This document shows, piece by piece, positions 59,935 to 64,000 of a stretch of 64,000 nucleotides of DNA (its first letter is position 1; each line of letters begins with the position of its first letter). The notes under the pieces were generated by a model. That model saw nothing but the letters and a program-made list of their open reading frames with translations, searched no databases and was not told where the DNA came from. Source of the stretch: an uncultured Chitinophagales bacterium (lineage in GTDB: Bacteria > Bacteroidota > Bacteroidia > Chitinophagales > S012-47); assembly GCA_964413685.1 (NCBI GenBank), contig CAYPSW010000002.1, forward strand, positions 141,526 to 205,525. Reading direction: 5' to 3'. The position numbers and the translations under genes are program-made.

Positions 59935-60049
59935 CATTTCAAAGGAATTATTAATCGAATCGCTGACAATTTGTCCTGTATAATATGATGGCAGGAATAT
60001 TGATTAGGCGATTAGAACTTATGATGATCAATGATAAGGGGAAAAGAAA

Positions 60050-60583
60050 ATGACTAAGGAAAAAAAAGGAAAAGAATCGAAGCTCAATACCAAGAAGACT
60101 AAATTGCGAAAAACCCAATCCCAAAAATGGAAAGAGAAAATTCGTGATCTTGAGTTGGATCTTGCTGAGTTGAAAGATAAGAATTTGCGTTTGTTCGCTG
60201 AGTTTGAAAATTTTAGAAAAAGAACTGCGAAAGAAAGACTAACCATGCTTGAAATGGCTGGTAAAGATGTTATCCTTGATTTATTACCAGTACTCGATGA
60301 CTTTAATCGCTCTTTTGAAGCAGCAGAAAATGCTGATGATACTAAAACCAATTTGCAAGGGTATAGACTCATTTATGAAAAGATGTCAAAGATATTGGCT
60401 CAAAGAGGATTAAAATCAATGGAATGCATTGGTCAGCTATTTGATCCTGAGATGCATGAAGCACTGAGTGAGTTACCGGCTTCAAAAAAATCTCAAAAGG
60501 GGAAAATTCTGGATGAAATTCAGCGTGGGTATTATCTGAATGGACATTTGTTGCGTCATGCAAAAGTAGTTATAGCGAAATAA
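60050..60583 (+). CDS. grpE: Nucleotide exchange factor GrpE
   Basis: 177 aa with a Lys-rich N-terminus, the coiled-coil [13 protein letters not shown] and a C-terminal beta domain (GY.L.G.LLRHAKV). Confidence 0.92.
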   Translation: MTKEKKGKESKLNTKKTKLRKTQSQKWKEKIRDLELDLAELKDKNLRLFAEFENFRKRTAKERLTMLEMAGKDVILDLLPVLDDFNRSFEAAENADDTKTNLQGYRLIYEKMSKILAQRGLKSMECIGQLFDPEMHEALSELPASKKSQKGKILDEIQRGYYLNGHLLRHAKVVIAK

Positions 60584-60585
60584 AT

Positions 60586-61743
60586 ATGTCAAAGCGCGAT
60601 TATTATGATATCCTGGGAGTCGATAAATCTGCTACTGCCGATGCTATTAAAAAAGCCTACCGTAAAGTAGCTTTAAAATATCATCCGGACCGTAATCCTG
60701 ACAACAAAGAGGCAGAAGAAAAATTTAAGGAAGCAGCCGAAGCTTACGAGGTTTTAAGCCATGCTGAGAAAAAAGCTCGTTATGACCAATACGGACATGC
60801 CGGAATGCAAGGTGGAAGTGGTTTTGGTGAGAACATGACCATGGATGATATCTTCTCTCATTTTGGAGATATTTTTGGCGGAATGGGAGGTGGATTCGAA
60901 TCGTTTTTTGGGGGAGCCGGTTCTCGTTCTCGAGGTGGAAGACCGCAAGGGAAACGAGGTTCGAATCTTAGAATAAAAGTAAAGCTAACTCTTCGTGAAA
61001 TGGCTGAAGGCGTTACAAAACGTATCAAAGTCAAGAAGTATAACACATGCAGCCAATGTAATGGTACCGGTGCCCGTGATCGGGATTCTTTTCATACGTG
61101 CAATACCTGTAACGGAATGGGTCAGGTGAGCCGGGTAACCAATACCATTCTTGGCCAAATGAGAACTTCTCAAACTTGTCCGACATGTCAGGGAAGTGGA
61201 CGAACGATTACGGCAAAATGTAGCAAGTGCAAGGGTGAGGGTAGAGAATATGGTGAGGAGTTAATTAGTATAGACATTCCTGCCGGTGTAACAGAAGGTG
61301 TTCAATTATCGATGAGTGGAAAAGGAAATTCGGGAGAACAAGGAGGATCTTCCGGAGATTTATTAATTCAAATTGTTGAAATTCGTGATGAAAAATTGTC
61401 GCGTGAAGGCAATAATGTCATTTATGAATTGAATCTGAATTTTGTCGATGCTGCACTTGGAATTACCAAAGAAGTGCCCACTATCACCGGATTAGCCAAG
61501 ATTACAATTCCTGCCGGTTCCCAATCCGGAAAAATTTTCAGACTGAAAGGAAAAGGTTTGCCATCATTAAACGGATATGGAAAAGGAGATCAGCTAATTC
61601 ATGTAAATGTCTGGACACCGAAGTCTCTTACTCCCGAGGAAAGAAAAATATTAGAACAACTTCGCGATCATCCGAATTTTATTCCTCATCCAGATAAAAA
61701 CCAGAAGAATTTTTTCGATAAAATGCGTGGTTTCTTTTCCTGA
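60586..61743 (+). CDS. dnaJ: Molecular chaperone DnaJ
   Basis: 385 aa with a J-domain ([16 protein letters not shown]), a G/F-rich region and four CxxCxGxG zinc-finger repeats. Confidence 0.96.
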   Translation: MSKRDYYDILGVDKSATADAIKKAYRKVALKYHPDRNPDNKEAEEKFKEAAEAYEVLSHAEKKARYDQYGHAGMQGGSGFGENMTMDDIFSHFGDIFGGMGGGFESFFGGAGSRSRGGRPQGKRGSNLRIKVKLTLREMAEGVTKRIKVKKYNTCSQCNGTGARDRDSFHTCNTCNGMGQVSRVTNTILGQMRTSQTCPTCQGSGRTITAKCSKCKGEGREYGEELISIDIPAGVTEGVQLSMSGKGNSGEQGGSSGDLLIQIVEIRDEKLSREGNNVIYELNLNFVDAALGITKEVPTITGLAKITIPAGSQSGKIFRLKGKGLPSLNGYGKGDQLIHVNVWTPKSLTPEERKILEQLRDHPNFIPHPDKNQKNFFDKMRGFFS

Positions 61744-61756
61744 TTTTCGACCGGAC

Positions 61757-62779
61757 TTATTCCTTACTTTTCTGAAGAAACAATTCCCAATCCCAGGCTG
61801 ATTTCATCATTTCATTAATCGAATATTTTGGTATCCAAGCCAATTTTTTATTTGCCAGGCTGTTATCGGCATAAATCTCGATAACATCACCAGGTCTTCT
61901 CGGTCCGATTTCATAGTGTAATGATTGACCCGTAGCCTCTTCAAAAGCTTTAATAGCTTCTAAAACAGTAATACCAATTCCGCTCCCAAGATTAAAAGTC
62001 TCGTATTTTGAATTGCTTTGAGCAGCCAGATATTGAAAAGCCAAGGTATGTGCATGAGCTATATCCATTACGTGGATATAATCGCGAACACAAGTCCCAT
62101 CTCTGGTTGGATAATCGTTTCCAAAAACTGTCATTTTCTCTCTTTTTCCTATGGCTGTTTCAGTAATAACGGGGCATAAATTTTCAGGGGCTACCAATGG
62201 TATCTGACCTATTTTCCCTGAAGGATGTGCTCCCACAGGATTGAAATAGCGTAGTATAAGGTAAGAACCGTCATTGATTGCAGCATGATCATATGCCATT
62301 TTCTCACAAATTTGTTTTGTCATGGCATAAGGAGATTCGGCTGAACCCAAGGGCGTTTTTTCAGTGACTGGCAGCTTCTTCGGATTGCCATATACAGAAC
62401 AAGATGAGGAGAATACTAAATGGGGAATAGAAAAATACTGCATGGCCTTCAACACATTCAACATCGATTGCAAATTGTTGTGATAATAGAGAAGTGGCTT
62501 TTGCAATGATTCTGGAACTGATTTGAAAGCGGCAAAATGAATGATCCCATCAAATGGACCCGCTTGCCTGATGGTTCGCATGGTTGCGTTCCTATTGCAA
62601 AGATTTACAGAGTAATTTTTTATTTCTTTTCCTGTAATCTGTTTGATATTTTGGAGGATTTTGGCTGATGACCGGCTATTGTTATCTATCGAAACAACCT
62701 CTAATCCATTTTCAAGTAAATCAATAATAGTATGCGCTCCAATATACCCACAGCCTCCGGTCACTAAAATTCGAGCCAT
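61757..62779 (-). CDS. galE: UDP-glucose 4-epimerase
   Basis: 340 aa, extended SDR, with TGGCGYIG, SSSCSVYG and YAMTK (YxxxK). Confidence 0.88.
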   Translation of the reverse strand: MARILVTGGCGYIGAHTIIDLLENGLEVVSIDNNSRSSAKILQNIKQITGKEIKNYSVNLCNRNATMRTIRQAGPFDGIIHFAAFKSVPESLQKPLLYYHNNLQSMLNVLKAMQYFSIPHLVFSSSCSVYGNPKKLPVTEKTPLGSAESPYAMTKQICEKMAYDHAAINDGSYLILRYFNPVGAHPSGKIGQIPLVAPENLCPVITETAIGKREKMTVFGNDYPTRDGTCVRDYIHVMDIAHAHTLAFQYLAAQSNSKYETFNLGSGIGITVLEAIKAFEEATGQSLHYEIGPRRPGDVIEIYADNSLANKKLAWIPKYSINEMMKSAWDWELFLQKSKE

Positions 62780-62781
62780 AT

Positions 62782-63720
62782 TTAATTAAATTTACCTGAG
62801 TTAATCAAAATCTTAATACCATCTTCAACTTTATGTAATGGCCTGTTTAGCAGTTGTTTCATTTTTGTAATATCCGGAAGTCTTCGGGTCATATCACCCT
62901 CTTTTAGTGCTTCAACATGTTGTATAATGGAACGAGAATCACATATTGATATAATTGATTTTGCCAGTTCCAGAATAGTAAATTCTCTGTCATTTCCAAC
63001 GTTAACCACATCATTAACAAATTTATCCTGAAACAAACAGTTGGTGGTTGCTTCCAAATTATCCTGAATAAAGCAGAAAGTTCTTGTTTGCGTACCTGTA
63101 CCAAATATTGTTATGGGTTTATTACTGAGTGCTGCTTTTAAAAATTTGGACATCACAAAATCTGTACTCTGCCTTGGCCCGTACGTGTTGAAAAAACGGA
63201 AAATTGTATAATTCAGATCATACTCCAATTGATAGGATCGGCAATAAGCTTCCCCAACATTTTTTACAACGGCATAAGGGAGTCTTGAATTTAAAGGGGT
63301 TGTTAATTCATTTTGTGGTAATTCAACTGGTTCTCCATAAACCTCTGATGAAGAGGCATAGAAAATGCGTTTTACACCCGTACTCTTACATAAATCCAGG
63401 ACATTTCTAATCCCTTGAATATCATGAAGAACACTGACCGGATTATTCAACGTTCGCTGAACCCCCACCACTGCTGCATAATGAAAAACATAATCGAACG
63501 AATGTGATGCCATTATCGGTAATATTTCCTGATATCGGTTCACATCACATTTGATGAAGCGATAATTATCCATAATTTGATTTGGAATGTTTTCATGCTT
63601 TCCAGTATGGAAATTATCGATAGCCACAACAAAATTATCAGGGTCTTGAAGAAGGTAATCAGCCAAAGAGCTTGGTATAAATCCAGCACCCCCTGTAATT
63701 AAAATTTTTCTTTTAAACAT
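62782..63720 (-). CDS. NAD-dependent epimerase/dehydratase (extended SDR, nucleotide-sugar modifying)
   Basis: [16 protein letters not shown] and YAVVK (YxxxK). The ATG at 63720 is chosen over the TTG at 63735; it overlaps the rmlA stop by 8 nt. Confidence 0.8.
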   Translation of the reverse strand: MFKRKILITGGAGFIPSSLADYLLQDPDNFVVAIDNFHTGKHENIPNQIMDNYRFIKCDVNRYQEILPIMASHSFDYVFHYAAVVGVQRTLNNPVSVLHDIQGIRNVLDLCKSTGVKRIFYASSSEVYGEPVELPQNELTTPLNSRLPYAVVKNVGEAYCRSYQLEYDLNYTIFRFFNTYGPRQSTDFVMSKFLKAALSNKPITIFGTGTQTRTFCFIQDNLEATTNCLFQDKFVNDVVNVGNDREFTILELAKSIISICDSRSIIQHVEALKEGDMTRRLPDITKMKQLLNRPLHKVEDGIKILINSGKFN

Positions 63721-64000
63721 TACCGTTATTTTCAATCAGATTTAAGAGATAAGTTCCATAGCCACTATTTACTAGCGGTTTAGCAAGTTTTCGCAATTGC
63801 TGCTTGTCAATAAAACCTTGAATAAATGCTTCCTCTTCAATGCACCCAATCTTCAATCCTTGTCTTTCCTCAATGACTTGTACGAAATTACTGGCTTGCA
63901 TTAAAGACGTAAAGGTGCCTGTATCAAGCCAAGCAGTTCCTCTCTCAAAGCGGGCAACTTTTAGTTTTCTTCTTTTTAGATAAACTCGGTTGATATCGGT
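63713..64000 (-). CDS. rmlA: Glucose-1-phosphate thymidylyltransferase, C-terminal part (5' end lies beyond the window)
   Basis: Translation [56 protein letters not shown] matches the conserved RmlA C-terminus (RG.AWLDTGT...L..A..FV..IE.RQG). The ORF stays open to the window edge. Confidence 0.9.
   Translation of the reverse strand, partial: TDINRVYLKRRKLKVARFERGTAWLDTGTFTSLMQASNFVQVIEERQGLKIGCIEEEAFIQGFIDKQQLRKLAKPLVNSGYGTYLLNLIENNGNV

Noticed and set aside
59935-60049. A heat-shock operator (CIRCE) or sigma-70-like promoter upstream of grpE-dnaJ.
   Set aside because: No TTAGCACTC-N9-GAGTGCTAA inverted repeat is present. A TATAAT hexamer (about 59985-59990) lacks a properly spaced -35 and is not the promoter type expected in this phylum.

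Overview
The window reads as core chromosome of a Bacteroidota-type genome. The evidence is repeated TAnnTTTG -7 promoter boxes, a DUF4290-murA pair, grpE-dnaJ without dnaK, S46/S9/tricorn peptidases and a possible T9SS-type cargo protein. Coding density is high: I call 49 CDS (one cut by the window edge), 3 tRNAs (Asn-GTT, Pro-CGG, Arg-CCT), 8 intrinsic terminators and 1 weak terminator-like hairpin, and 16 promoter boxes. Almost all genes are housekeeping:
- NAD synthesis (nadA, nadB), purine synthesis (purN, purH) and class II ribonucleotide reductase (nrdJ).
- gyrB, metG and aspS.
- The mreBCD-mrdA-rodA rod-shape operon and murA.
- uvrA and a UvrD/PcrA-type helicase.
- grpE and dnaJ.
- A Wza/Wzc/WecA-type polysaccharide locus, with galE, an SDR epimerase and rmlA at the right edge.
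- A loose group of phosphate-related genes (PPK2, PhoX, PhoD).
- Several secreted peptidases.
I found no CRISPR array, transposase, integrase, phage gene or recognisable defence module, and no convincing novel multi-gene system.
The only accessory-looking stretch is the AT-rich, gene-poor patch at about 30.9-32.4 kb, next to the 3' end of tRNA-Arg. It holds an orphan 117-aa ORF, a truncated receiver-like ORF, an orphan promoter-to-terminator unit (candidate sRNA or micro-ORF), and two interleaved convergent terminators.
Other observations worth a second look:
- An Nramp-fold transporter that lacks the canonical DPGN/MPH metal-binding motifs.
- Three genes whose -7 box sits 4-6 nt from the ATG, predicting leaderless mRNAs.
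- A lipoprotein with a motif repeated exactly 100 aa apart.
- Short tandem direct repeats upstream of nrdJ and phoX.
All functional calls come from reading the translated ORFs and from hand-folding. No database search was run.
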